Source: Octopus sinensis (lineage: Eukaryota). From it: 64,000 nucleotides of DNA. The notes under the pieces are model-generated. The model searched no databases. It was not told where the DNA came from and worked only from the letters and a program-made list of their open reading frames with translations. Positions 13,921 to 25,949 of this stretch are shown piece by piece. The stretch is taken from positions 5,661 to 69,660 of the forward strand of contig NW_021834639.1 of the NCBI RefSeq assembly GCF_006345805.1, read 5' to 3'. The position numbers and the translations under genes are program-made. Within the stretch, counting starts at the first letter, position 1. Every line of letters begins with the position of its first letter.

Positions 13921-13922
<2 letters not shown>
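13738..13922 (-). mobile_element. SINE family A
   Basis: tcgaccccgaaaggatgaaagtcaaagtcgacctcg..tttgaactcagaacg..gctaagcatttcgcc. Confidence 0.85.
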
Positions 13923-13998
<76 letters not shown>

Positions 13999-14015
13999 GT
14001 AGGTAGGTACGTAGG

Positions 14016-14059
<44 letters not shown>

Positions 14060-14526
14060 TAGATAGATAGATAGATATGCATTCAAAGGGGCAGAGAGTG
14101 CTAAAAAAAACGCTATTGTATGTAGATAAACCGAACCAAAAAAAGTAGTTCACGGTGTAAATATAGTAAGAGAAATGTATCGTCAGAGAACATCGTGTTT
14201 CTGTAAACTCAGCGACATTAATAAGAAAACTTAGCAACCGAATGAATCGACAGGAATTTAAATGAAGCTCGATCAAATCCTTCCGAGATTAAATACACTC
14301 GTGACGATCAAGTCACGATACGACAAAATTCCGTGAAATTCCGTCGCAATTCAGATCAGCCAAACTCAAGGACGTTATCTTAAACACACATGCGCGCACA
14401 CACACACACACACACGCACGCACACTACACATACGCGCGCGCTCGCCCGCGAGTGCAGTTATTTGTATATATCTGTACTTCTGCATATATATATATGTGT
14501 GTGTGTGTGTATCGTATATATCTATC

Positions 14527-14574
<48 letters not shown>

Positions 14575-14706
14575 AGTCCGACCCTCATCCTCTCTCTTTC
14601 TCCTCTCTCTCTCTCTCTCTGTATATATATATATATATATGTATACACACACACACACACGCGCTCGCCCGCGAGTGCAGTTATTTGTATATATCTGTAC
14701 TTCTGC

Positions 14707-14744
<38 letters not shown>

Positions 14745-14856
14745 ATCGTATCTATCTATCTATCTATCTATATATATAGATATATATAACATATATATAT
14801 ATATATATATCTATATATATATATAATATAAATGATGTATATATATCTATATATAC

Positions 14857-15158
14857 TATACATTCAAACATATAAAGGATGGCTATAATAGGACATCCGA
14901 CTCACTAGAAAGAGCAGCCAAACTCCAAACCACTAATAGTTTAATTCTGAAAGGAAAGAGAAATAAAAACGTTTACCCTTTCCTTTCTGGACTATGCATA
15001 GTTTCGGCAATCTTTTGTAAATAAATTAAATTAAATTAAATTAAATTAAATTTATTTACCACTGGCGTTTTACAACTATTAGTGGTTTGGAGTTTAGCTG
15101 CTCTTTCTAGTGAGTTGGATGTTCTATTATAGCCATCACTTATATGTTTGAATGTATA
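14857..15158. mobile_element. MITE/foldback element with 84-bp terminal inverted repeats
   Basis: 14857-14940 (tatacattcaaacatataa..ccactaatagt) is the near-perfect reverse complement of 15075-15158; TA-rich flanks; (AATTA)n inside. Confidence 0.85.
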
Positions 15159-15424
15159 TTATATAGTCTATTGACTATTTTTTCTTTTTCACTTGACCGC
15201 TGGTAGCGGAGAATTTTTCTAGAATTTTTTGCTACCCTAAAATTTATTAATTAATATACACATATATATATGTGTGTGTGCATGTGAGTCCGACCCTCAT
15301 TCTCTCTCTTTCTCCTCTCTCTCCCTCTCTCTCAGTATATATATATATATGTATACAAACACACACACACACACTAATAAACACATATGTAGATATGCGT
15401 GTGTGAATGTACATATATATATAT

Positions 15425-15458
<34 letters not shown>

Positions 15459-15479
15459 ATTTCAGTTCATATCATGTTC

Positions 15480-15922
15480 AATGATGACTTACGTTCGAAA
15501 GGTACCCAAGACTTGTTCGTCGAAAATGTGCTTTGTTTCAACAAGACAATGCAAAGCCGCATACCGTCAGAAAGAACAACAACGAGATTGAAGAATTGGA
15601 CGGTATGGAAGTTCTGCGACATCCAGCCTATAGTCCAGACGTTGCTCCATCTAAATACCGTCTCTTCCGACCAATGCAGCACTTTATGAAAGGTCGCCGA
15701 TTTGAGTCATTCGATGAGGTTGAAGAAACCTGTCAAGAATTTTTCGATTCAAAGCCGAAGGATTGGTACTTTGACCAAACCCAAAGGCTTGCAGATCGTT
15801 GGCAGAAGATCATGGAAAATGATGGTCTTTATTTTGGAGAATAATTGTTGTTGGTTTTGAATAAATTCTTGCATAAAAAATCATTATTTTAACACGGCCC
15901 ACGAACTTTTCCTCCAATTAGT
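15480..15922 (+). mobile_element. 5'-truncated mariner transposon (C-terminal DD34D domain plus 3' TIR remnant)
   Basis: ORF 15533-15844: FQQDNAKPHT...HPAYSPDVAPS...RWQKIMENDGLYF; TIR-like cacgaacttttcctccaattagta. Confidence 0.9.
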
Positions 15923-16335
15923 ATTAGATCTACTATTTGAAGTAATAAGCGCCCACAAAACTGTTACGCTTACACGCAGCAGACGCCCTTGTGTACTTCT
16001 GCCAGCCACTATTATCAGTCCTCTAACCACTCATTTGCTCATTCACAAACACCCTACATATATATTTCCAGTCTGTCTGTATCTGTCGGTCACTGTTAGA
16101 TTATACCTCACTGATGAAGTTAAATAAGCCAGAAACGTAACCGGAATTATCCCCTATACAGGTGCAAAACAGGCTCCCTTTCCACCGTACACCGCATTTA
16201 ATTAACTTTTATGAATTGAAATTGATTAGTCATTTAGATAATGACCACTAATATCGTTAATTGTATTATTTTAATTAATCAACATTTCTTGAATTATTAC
16301 ATCAATTATGCTGGCACTCACTTCCTTAAGTAAAC

Positions 16336-16444
16336 AGACCACGTGATTACACTGACGGATGAGATAACAAAGACCACGTGACTATATCATGAAAGTACTA
16401 TAGAAAGTGACGATGTGATTAGAGAAATTAATTAGACCACGTGA
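16336..16444. promoter_or_regulatory. Cluster of three identical AGACCACGTGA E-box motifs
   Basis: 11-mers at 16336, 16371 and 16434 in otherwise non-repeated AT-rich sequence. Confidence 0.5.
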
Positions 16445-16775
16445 TTAAAGGTTGTTGTTGTTGTTTGTTAATTCACCATGGCTCGTCAGTTGAAATGCGA
16501 GCATTTTGAATTCCAGTGTAGACGGAATCTCCAGCCGTGACTATTCCGTCTTTTTACTTTTTTTCTTTTGTTTTTGTTTTGTTTTGCAAGTATTGTGCAT
16601 CAGAGACCACACAATTCAATGAGCATTCCACCCAGTTACCATGGTAGGCTCTGACTTTAGAGAGATTTAACTGTTATTTCCAATAGCCACACGGTTGATA
16701 GAATAGTCGGCGACTGGGAACATAGAGAGGTGATGTTTTCTGTATGTCTCTGTGCAGCCATTATATTTTAGCGTG

Positions 16776-16910
16776 CAGTAATGCCTCGCTATATCGCGGT
16801 TCACCCATCATCGCGGTTTATTATTTAAGCTTACGTCGATTTCTCTGCGGCGTTGTTTTGCATTTATAACAAAATAAATATATACAAATTATAAAGATAT
16901 ATAAATATAT
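16776..16910. mobile_element. Tigger/pogo-like DNA transposon terminus
   Basis: cagtaatgcctcgctatatcgcggttcacc..atcgcgg resembles pogo/Tigger TIRs; truncated at the SINE B copy. Confidence 0.45.
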
Positions 16911-16914
16911 ATAT

Positions 16915-17314
16915 GCAGGAGTGGCTGTGTGGTAAGTAGCTTGCTAACCAACCACATGGTTCCGGGTTCAGTCACTACGACGTGGCATCTTGGGCAAGTG
17001 TCTTCTATATAGCCCCAGGCCGACCAAAGCCTTGTGAGTGGATTTGGTAGACGGAAACTGAAAGAAGCCTGTCGTATATATTATATATATTAGATATAAT
17101 ATATATTATAATATATATATATATGTATGTGTGTTTGCATGACAACCGATGCTGGTGTGTTTACGTCCCCGTCACTTAGCGGTTCGGCAAAAGAGACCGA
17201 TAGAATAAGTACTGGGCTTACAAAGAATAACTCCCGGGGTCGATTTGCTCGACTAAAGGCGGTGCTCCAGCATGGCCGCAGTCAAATGTCTGAAACAAGT
17301 AAAAGAGTAAAGAG
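16915..17314 (+). mobile_element. Full-length tRNA-derived SINE family B (probably one of the octopus OK/OR1/OR2-type SINEs)
   Basis: A-box-like gtggctgtgtggtaag, B-box-like gggttcagtc, internal (TA)n, tail aaaggcggtgctccagcatggccgcagtc..gaaacaagtaaaagagtaaagag. Confidence 0.9.
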
Positions 17315-17364
17315 TATACAGTACAGTACTGTTTCTACTTCGCAAATTTTCACCTATCGCGGGA

Positions 17365-17570
17365 GGGTTTTGGAACGTAACAAAATTCCTGGTTTTGGGT
17401 AAAAGACAATACACGAAAATCAGTTAATTATGATTATTATTCAACGTATTCCCCTCTCAGATGCACATGCACATTGCAGCAGTCCTTCAGTTTTTTTAAG
17501 CCTGTAAAAGAACTTGAAAGGTCGGGCCTCCATCCAGGCCTTTCGCAATACCTTTAAAGCCTTTTGAGCC
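17365..17570 (-). mobile_element. Mariner 3'-end remnant
   Basis: Minus-strand AWMEARPFKFFY..ggggaatacgttgaataa (GEYVE*) followed by a TIR-like aaaattcctgg segment. Confidence 0.65.
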
Positions 17571-17669
17571 CCACACCACCTTGTGCGTGTGTGTGTGTGT
17601 GTGTGTTTGTGTGTGCATCTACGCATATATATTGCAAATATATGTATGTATGTACGTATGTATTGCACT

Positions 17670-17860
17670 CACACACGGGAATATTGAAAAGTTCCTGGCT
17701 TTGGGTTAAAGAAAATATAGGAGGATCAGTTAATTATGATTTTATCCGGCATACACCCTCTCAGATTCGCACACTTATTGCAGCGGTCCTTCAGTTTTCT
17801 AAGCCCTGAAAAGTGTTCGGAAGGTTGAACCTCCAACCAGGCCCTTCGCCACAGCCTTAT
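17670..17860 (-). mobile_element. Second mariner 3'-end remnant, same family
   Basis: tgaaaagttcctggctttggg..ccctctcagattcgcacacttattgcagcggtccttcag; homologous to 17365-17570. Confidence 0.65.
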
Positions 17861-18159
17861 GTACCCCCGTCGTATACATAACCAAGTATTTTCTCAGTTT
17901 TGGGCTCTACCATATCTATTCTCTGCAACCGGCACAAGAGTGACAATTTTGATTACAATAACAACAACAATAACAACAACAGCAACGACGACGAAAATGA
18001 CGACAGTAATGTAGGGACAATACGATGGAGGCTGCGTGAAGCCGAGCAAAGTGATACAAAATGAACAAGTGTAAGACATGTTGAATGATTTTAGGAATTT
18101 CTTTCACTTTTGACTTATTCCGTGGCATATATCCGTGCGAGCGCGTGTCTCCACGTATG

Positions 18160-18488
18160 TATGTATATGTATATCTATATAAACACACATATATATGCAT
18201 ATGTATATACATACATATATATAATGCATACATATACATATTCATATACACCAATACTTGTATGTGTGTACGGGTATATATATATATACACACACACACT
18301 CACACACACATATATATACATACATATTTTTATACATGCATATATATACATATATATTTTTATACACACATGCACTCACACATATACATATATATGCATT
18401 ATACATACTCACAAATACGTACACGCAGACATACGCACACATACACACACATATACATGCACACATACACACAAACACACACATACAT

Positions 18489-18524
<36 letters not shown>

Positions 18525-18775
18525 CACACACGCTCACACACATACATACACTACGTACATACCTATACACAGGGGAGGTTTGTCGTGGTATTTCTATTTT
18601 CTATTTAAGGATTCGTTCTAAGAGTTTAAATCGTGTGTTTGTGTGTGTGTGCGTGTGTGTGTGTGCGTGTACGTGTGTGTGCCTGTTTTTATTTCTGTGT
18701 CTGAGTCTACGTCTACGTATGTGTGTGTGTACGTGTGTGTGTGTGTCTGTCTCGTTACGTTGCATGTGTGTGTAG
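18160..18775. repeat. (TA/CA/TG)n compound microsatellite
   Basis: Directly visible. Confidence 0.9.
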
Positions 18776-19701
18776 AACTATCTACGTTATCGTCGTGTCT
18801 TGATAATGTCTTCTAATTGCCTTTATTTTACCGGTTTTGTTCGTGAAGCGAACTTCTTTCTCTCATATATATCCTTCCGTTTCCACAGTGGGGTTTCTCA
18901 CTCAATTTGCTCTCACTATGAAATGTTCACGGCACGAATCGCGTGCAAAATATTTTGCCGAAATATTTTGCACTCTACGAATTCCATGTTTTCTAACTAT
19001 AGTCTATCACATAAGCTCCTTTTTTCGCTTTCGTTCTTCTTTTCTTTTCTCTTTTTGTTTTTGTGCTTTTGTATTTCATTCATTATTTATTTACTGTTGT
19101 TTATGTGTGTATATATATTTATTTATTTACTTATCTTTCATTCTTCTTCGTCGTATGTGTGTTACGGAAGTGGCGCGAGTTTTGTTCTGTCATTCAAAAA
19201 TTATCAGCTGAATGAAGGAACAAACAAATTGAATGCAAATAGCAACAAGAACGTCAACTACAACAACAACAACAGTGTGTGTATGTATGCGTGCATGCAT
19301 GTATATACAACGTGATTGAATGTATGTATATACCAGTATATTCATATATATATATATATATATACACACACATATACAATCAAAATAAACAACAGGATAT
19401 CAAGTATCAATGCAGTACGAAAGTTTCAAGCGACTCCATGTAATTGAACAATGCAATCATTATATCAATTTAAATGCAATGCCATCTTCAGCTGCACAAA
19501 TGAATGAATGGAATTTTAACAAATAGGACAGATTAACATCATTTTTTCTAAATATTTTAACAGTGCAAGAAGATAGAAGAAATTCATGTTCTTATTATTG
19601 TAGCTAAGAGTAGACTCCAGCTTCTAAGAATCGCATGAAGCATAGTATATATACATATATATATCTATATATATATATATATAATACACTATATAATATA
19701 T

Positions 19702-19735
<34 letters not shown>

Positions 19736-19743
19736 CATACACT

Positions 19744-19774
<31 letters not shown>

Positions 19775-19786
19775 GTATATATATGC

Positions 19787-19870
19787 GGACATGCTGGAGC
19801 ACCGCCTTTAGTCAAACAAATTGACCTCAGGACTTATTCTTTGTAAGCTTGTACTTATTCTATCGGTCTA
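19787..19870 (-). mobile_element. SINE family B tail fragment
   Basis: catgctggagcaccgcctttag..gtacttattctatcggtct. Confidence 0.75.
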
Positions 19871-20324
19871 TATACATATGTATATATGCATACATACATT
19901 AACAAAATAAACTTTTACAAAGAAAAAGAAAGTTTGTGAAAAATCCTTTAAAAACGTAAAATCGTTTAGAGTAACTTTATTATCATCGTTATTATTATTA
20001 TTATGGAAAATTTCCCCTGGATATCTGCTGTATTTACACGTTATCCACTGGGTGCCACCCAGTCCCCTGGGGCAGATAACGGAGATTATGTTCTTAATAC
20101 ATCGGATGACTACAGAATGTCGAAGAACGCCAGGATTCGATAATTTTCCTTTTCAAAACAACCACGTGTACACGAATGTCCAATGAAAATACCACAAAAT
20201 TGTAAATGTAACTTAATACAGTATTAGTGTTATTTTCTGTATTTATTTTGGGCATGGTTTTGTTTTGGCTCCTGGTATCGTATCTGTGAATTTTTCTGTT
20301 TGTCTTTATCATCCTGTATGCGCC

Positions 20325-20470
20325 TAAAACTGGTCCTCTGTCGGTTACGACGACGAGTGTTCCAGTTGATCCGATTAACGGAACAGCCTTCTCGTGAAAT
20401 TAACCTGCAAGTGACTAAGCTCTCCACAGACACGTGTACTCTTAACGTAGTTCTCAGGGAGATTCAGTGT
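20325..20470 (-). mobile_element. SINE family C core fragment
   Basis: Reverse complement of the segment at 57290-57425 (gaactacgttaag..ttaatttcacg..atcaactggaac..gtcgt.accgacagag). Confidence 0.7.
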
Positions 20471-20479
20471 GTCCCTCTG

Positions 20480-20620
20480 ATTACAGATACTGCAGGGGTT
20501 CCTATCTTCCATATTTTGGCAATACCCATGCCTAGGTCATTCAACTTCTCTGTTTAATTGAGTTCTTTGACTGTGACATTTTCCTCCTTCGGGGCTGCCA
20601 TATCAATTAGGAGAGAAGTT
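20480..20620 (-). mobile_element. Degenerate R4/Dong-like restriction-like endonuclease fragment
   Basis: Minus-strand DMAAPKEENVTVKELN*TEKLNDLGMGIAKIWK resembles the REL motif D(V/I)AVP..NV..KE.EK..KY.DL..EI.K.W. Confidence 0.5.
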
Positions 20621-20754
20621 TCATCTATATGGTTGTTTTTGTTTGTTTTGTTTTGTTATATCTTTGCGATTTTTAGTATTCATCTTTAATATTCCCGTTT
20701 GTGAGAGCAGTCGGGTTTATTTCAGATATTCTCATTTTAAAAATCATCTCTGGC

Positions 20755-20941
20755 TAAACACCAGGACTTACAAACACATATAACATACAGAAAATTGCAC
20801 TACTAGGCACTGCACACATCCTACGCAGAACACTTTCCATACAATAACCATCAGAGCATCACAACAAATCACAGCACATACCCAAGGCACACAGAGCTGC
20901 ACTCGGTAGTGAAGTGAAAGCACGCTATAGAAAATAAACTA

Positions 20942-20999
<58 letters not shown>

Positions 21000-21120
21000 T
21001 AATAATAGTAATAGTAATATAATAATAATATAATAATAATACTGATGATGATAATGATAATAAAATAATGATGATATGATGATAATAATAATAATAATAA
21101 TGATGATGATGATGATGATG
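20755..21120 (+). mobile_element. R4/Dong-clade non-LTR retrotransposon 3' end with (AAT)n tail
   Basis: Frame reads PGLTNTYNIQKIALLGTAHILRRTLSIQ* (stop 20845-20847), the typical R4/Dong C-terminus, then about 100 bp 3'UTR and (AAT)n from 20945. Confidence 0.85.
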
Positions 21121-22149
21121 ATAACAGTTATCTTTCTCCAGTGATGTACTGCTGGGTGGGTGGGGGGATATCTCAATGAAAGATTACAAAAACAGTGGCG
21201 GTGAGATTTACAACGTGAATGGAGAACAAAAAATGAATATATGACATTATCCGTTTGCAGGGGACAACCAGCTTGATCAATCACCTCCGCGAAATATAAG
21301 CGAATTTCCTGTCTTTCGTTTCCAGTGAAACTGTCCATAACATCTACAATGAAAGTCCTTGAAATGGCTTTGCTTAGTTTTTCTTTATTGATACCTTAAA
21401 TATCTCCCGTAACATTGTCATTCATTCTGCTACTAATCCTCTACAGAAAGCCATGATTGATGCTTCATTGTTTGCATTATCTGACTTCAAGAGAGCCGTG
21501 AGTACCTGGCAACGATACAAAGGTCAGAAAGAATGATTCCCAGAACATTGTCGTTTACGCCCACCGCTAATCCTCCATAGAATTGAAGGATTGACGTTTC
21601 ACCGACCGCATTATCTGCCTGGTAGAGAATTGTGAACACTGGGACGACATTAGAAATTGCCTGATGCCCTTTCTTTGATCTACACTTGAGCCATGGTAGG
21701 ATCTCTCTCGAAAGTCCCTGACAAAAGTTAACTACACCTATTCACTGACAAAGTTGTTGCAGTCTAAATGTACCCTGAACATCATCAGCCACGGATCTCG
21801 AGCCCTTACCATAGAGTGTGTTGGTATGAGAAGGATCTTTCTGAGCTGTGGAAATGGAACGTTTTTTTAAGCAAGAAGTCAAAGAGGGGCTGCATAAACC
21901 GATAAGATAAGGCCTAAAGTAAGACATGTTGGTCAGCGGGTAATATATCACGAAGGCGACATAGTTGTGCGCCACCTATAAATGACATATCGAATACAGC
22001 TTCTTCTTAGCTCGTTTGTATGTAAGACTGGCTAACCTACTCATAATCATCAAGCTCTTACAACCCTGAAGGCCTTAACTGAACTTTTGCAAACCTATTT
22101 CTCCAGCAATATGTGTGGGGGTGTGTGTGTGTGTGTGCGGGTGCGTGTG

Positions 22150-22380
22150 TGTATTTTTTCTGTCTCTCTTTGTACCCTCAAACACCCAACGCTTGACAAC
22201 CGGTGTTAGTGTGTTTACGTACTCGTAGCTTAGCTGTTCGGCAAAACATCGATGGAATAAATACCAGACGTAAAAAAAAAAGAGGTACTGGGATCGAATC
22301 GTTCGACTAAAATTCTTCAAGGCGGTGCACCAGCATGGCCGCAGTCCAATGACTGAAACAAGTAAAAGATAAAGGATAAG
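22150..22380 (+). mobile_element. SINE family B, 3' half
   Basis: gcttgacaaccggtgttagtgtgtttacg..ttcttcaaggcggtgcaccagcatggccgcagtccaatgactgaaacaagtaaaagataaaggataag. Confidence 0.85.
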
Positions 22381-22669
22381 AACTGCTTCATTCTCTGTCG
22401 GCCTTCAACATCGAAGACAATGCATTTACCTTCTTGTGAACGAGACTCGGTCTATGGATCCTATCTAACTTAACTCTGCAGATCACAGACCATTAATTTA
22501 TTTCTCGAATGGAGTTCCACATGAACTCCAACCCTTTCTATTTATACCGGCTGACTTCCTCACATCTCAGCAAATCATACAGGTTAGCCGTTGCATGAAG
22601 TATACCTATCTTTACCTCTCTTTAGACTCTAGAACACAACTACTCCAATCTTGCGTATATCCTTTCTAA

Positions 22670-22860
22670 TTTTGGCTCACAGCCAGCAATTTAAGGGGAA
22701 GGGGTCATTCGATTAGATCGATCCCATTGCCCTAAAGGATCAAAGGAGAAGTAAACCTCAGTGGAATTTGAACTCGGAAGGGAATGAGTCGAAAGATATA
22801 CTGCAAGGAAATTTTTTAAGACGCTTTAACAGTTCCACCAGCTCGTCGGCCTTCGAACGA
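22670..22860 (-). mobile_element. SINE family A, degenerate
   Basis: ttttggctcacagccagcaattt..aaaggagaagtaaacctcagtggaatttgaactc. Confidence 0.6.
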
Positions 22861-22996
22861 AGAGAATGGGTTCCCATGATAGAAATCGAACCCGGTCCGC
22901 CAGAGTGCAAGTCAGATATCCTAACACACACACACACACACAAACACACTCCCCCTCTCTCTCTCCTTCTCTCTCTCTTTTTTCCTCTCTCCTCCT

Positions 22997-23074
<78 letters not shown>

Positions 23075-23339
23075 TTTCAAAACGGTAGGATGTAATTTGA
23101 AGGTGATTTGGCAGCTATTTCTAGTAAACGGGTCGACCACATTGGGGTTCCTCGGAGTTAGAATACAATATTTCTCTTCTTACTGACAATGCGCAAGAAT
23201 AAACAATAGCCAAATACAAACGCATACCCCACACACACAGACACATACACACACACACACACGAACACATATAAACACACATAGATAGTGATTATGTAAC
23301 ACACACATACGCATATATTCTATAGACTATAAGCTCTGG

Positions 23340-23385
23340 TATAAAACGTACCGGAAGTGGCCTGGGCATATCACTGATGACGTCA
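23340..23385. promoter_or_regulatory. TATAAAA + ETS (ACCGGAAGTG) + CRE (TGACGTCA) module
   Basis: Motifs at 23340-23346, 23350-23359 and 23378-23385 in unique sequence. Confidence 0.4.
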
Positions 23386-23504
23386 CAGAGGGCGATGAGT
23401 AGAATAACAAACCAAATATTTGACTGATCGAATGATTCATTGAGCAATTGATGAATAATTAATTAATTTGTTAACTAGTTGACTAATTATTGTTTTCAAT
23501 TTAG

Positions 23505-23790
23505 AGGTGAAGCGGTTAGGGTGTTGCAGTCACGATCGCTATATCGTGGGTTCGATTCGCGGACTGGACTTTGTGTTGTGTTCTTGTGCAAAACACTTCA
23601 TTTCCCGTTGCCTCAGTCCACTCAGCTGTAAATAGGTCACCCTATTTACGTACTAGCTTTTTGATCGGGTTGGAGAGTGTTGGCTTCCCCGCCTAACCAG
23701 TGGGGTGGCACCATTCGGAAGCTAAAACGATGCAAAGCATATTGTGACGAGCGATATGTAACAAAACCCGACAATCTGGTTGATCACGTC
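23505..23790 (+). mobile_element. tRNA-derived SINE family C
   Basis: gcggttagggtgttgcagtcacgatcgc..gtgggttcgattc (B box)..cagtccactcagctgtaaat..gcatattgtgacgagcgatatg..tgatcacgt; homologous to 59426-59706. Confidence 0.75.
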
Positions 23791-23799
23791 AGTTAATTC

Positions 23800-24200
23800 A
23801 GGGGCACGACCCGCAATTTTGACGGGGAGGGCGTTAGTTGATATCAATCATCCCAGTATTAAGCCGGAGTGTTGAAAGCAAAAGCTGACATTGGCAGGAT
23901 TTGAACTCAGATTGTAAAGAGCAGGAAGAAGCATCGAAAAGCATTTTCCCGACGCCCAAGCGATTCTGCTACCTCACCGAAGCCACTAGTTGACGAGTAA
24001 TAAATCCATTCTACGTCAGGCTCAGGAGCTGAAATTTGGGGAGAGGGAGATAAGTGGATTGTATCGACCCCACCTCCTTCCCTAGTTTTCAACTGGTACT
24101 TATTTTTCAAACCCTGAAAGGAATGAAAGGCAAAGGTCTTAGCTTAGACTTTTTTTGGAGGGGGACAACCAGATCACTGCCCGAAACTGTAAAGACATCT
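23800..24200 (-). mobile_element. Two adjacent degenerate SINE family A copies
   Basis: gaaagcaaaagctgacattggcaggatttgaactcag and accctgaaaggaatgaaaggcaaaggtc. Confidence 0.6.
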
Positions 24201-24349
24201 GGTAACTTCACTGACGAAAGAAGGCCACGAATGACCCGTCCTTTTTTCCTGCCCTCTAATTGTTGCTTTTCCTGTCGGTCTTTGTATCATCTATCTGTCC
24301 TGATGTTTTATTGTTCGCCTATTCTGCGTATTTTGTTCCATTTTCTACA

Positions 24350-24350
24350 C

Positions 24351-24381
<31 letters not shown>

Positions 24382-24756
24382 CCACACACACACACACACA
24401 CACCACCACACATATATATATATTCTATTATATTATATATATATAATATTACTATAATATATATAATATAACATTTTATTACTCTATAATCGGTAGTACC
24501 AGAAAATATAGTTGTCGGGCTACGATTATGGAATAAATGTTTATTCACTCTGAGAGTTATCTTTTTGTTCTTTGTTCTGTGGCACGACATGACTTCCTAG
24601 AACTTGTCACCCTTCCTCGAACATTTGTGCGTGTGTATATATATATGTACAGCTGTTTCAACACATTACTTCGCATAAGGAGCTTGCAAGACGATTACAC
24701 ACACACACAACACACACACACATATATATATATATGTATGTATGTATGTATCTATG

Positions 24757-24814
<58 letters not shown>

Positions 24815-24960
24815 GTATGTATATATATATATGTATATATATGTGAGTGTGTATGTATATAATGTATATGTATATAGATACATATGCATTTATATATAAC
24901 ACATACACATGCATATAATATATATATATATATTATATATATATATTATTAATAACATAC

Positions 24961-24991
<31 letters not shown>

Positions 24992-25119
24992 CATATAAAG
25001 TGTGTTACTGTCTGGGAGATATTTATGGTAGCAGAATGGTATTTTAACTGCTATCTAAAATCAGTGCGTGGCGAAGTAATTAGCTGACCCCTCATTATAA
25101 TTATGCTTATAATTACAGA

Positions 25120-25158
<39 letters not shown>

Positions 25159-25188
25159 ATATATAATATAATATATAATATATATATA

Positions 25189-25227
<39 letters not shown>

Positions 25228-25260
25228 GATATATATATATATATATATATAATATAATAA
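24350..25260. repeat. (CA)n and long (TA)n tracts
   Basis: Directly visible. Confidence 0.9.
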
Positions 25261-25482
25261 ATATTAGGGAATGAATCCAAAATTACAGGAAAATCAGATT
25301 AGGGTTCAATCCAATTTTATAGTAAAATATTATATATAATTCGAGACCAAACCACTATTTTAAAACCAAACAAGAAAAGACTTAATCAATACATAAATTT
25401 ATTTTAATTTATATTAAAATTTTATGTATTGTATTAAGTCTTTTCTTGTTTGGTTTTAAATATTGGTTTTGTCTCGATTATA

Positions 25483-25518
<36 letters not shown>

Positions 25519-25949
25519 TATATACACATATATACATATATACATATACATGCATACATACATTTATGCGTATATATAAATGTATATATACTTGTCCCTA
25601 TTCCATTGTTCAGAATGTTCGGACCCAGATGCCCTTCCGATGTTAAGTTCGTAAAGACACCTGAAACCAACAACTCTAAACTGTGAACCTTCACACAGAT
25701 GCACCATCTGGAAGCTCTTTCACGTACTCATTGCCAAAACCCTGACACACGCCTTCACTCTACCCTCACACACACGTTTTGTCGTACAACACCTCCTTCT
25801 ATAGGTGCTCACCCCTTACTCAATGCAGCCCCACACACCTACACGTTGACAACAACATAAATATTGCAGTCTACACTGATTAACTTGGCTCCTAGTGAGT
25901 GCATTCCTTCCATTTTGGAATTAATGCCTAAATGGATCGATGAAGAAAC

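Noticed and set aside
15533-15844. Host SETMAR-like gene
   Set aside because: Only a 5'-truncated transposase half next to a TIR remnant; no SET domain or exon context.
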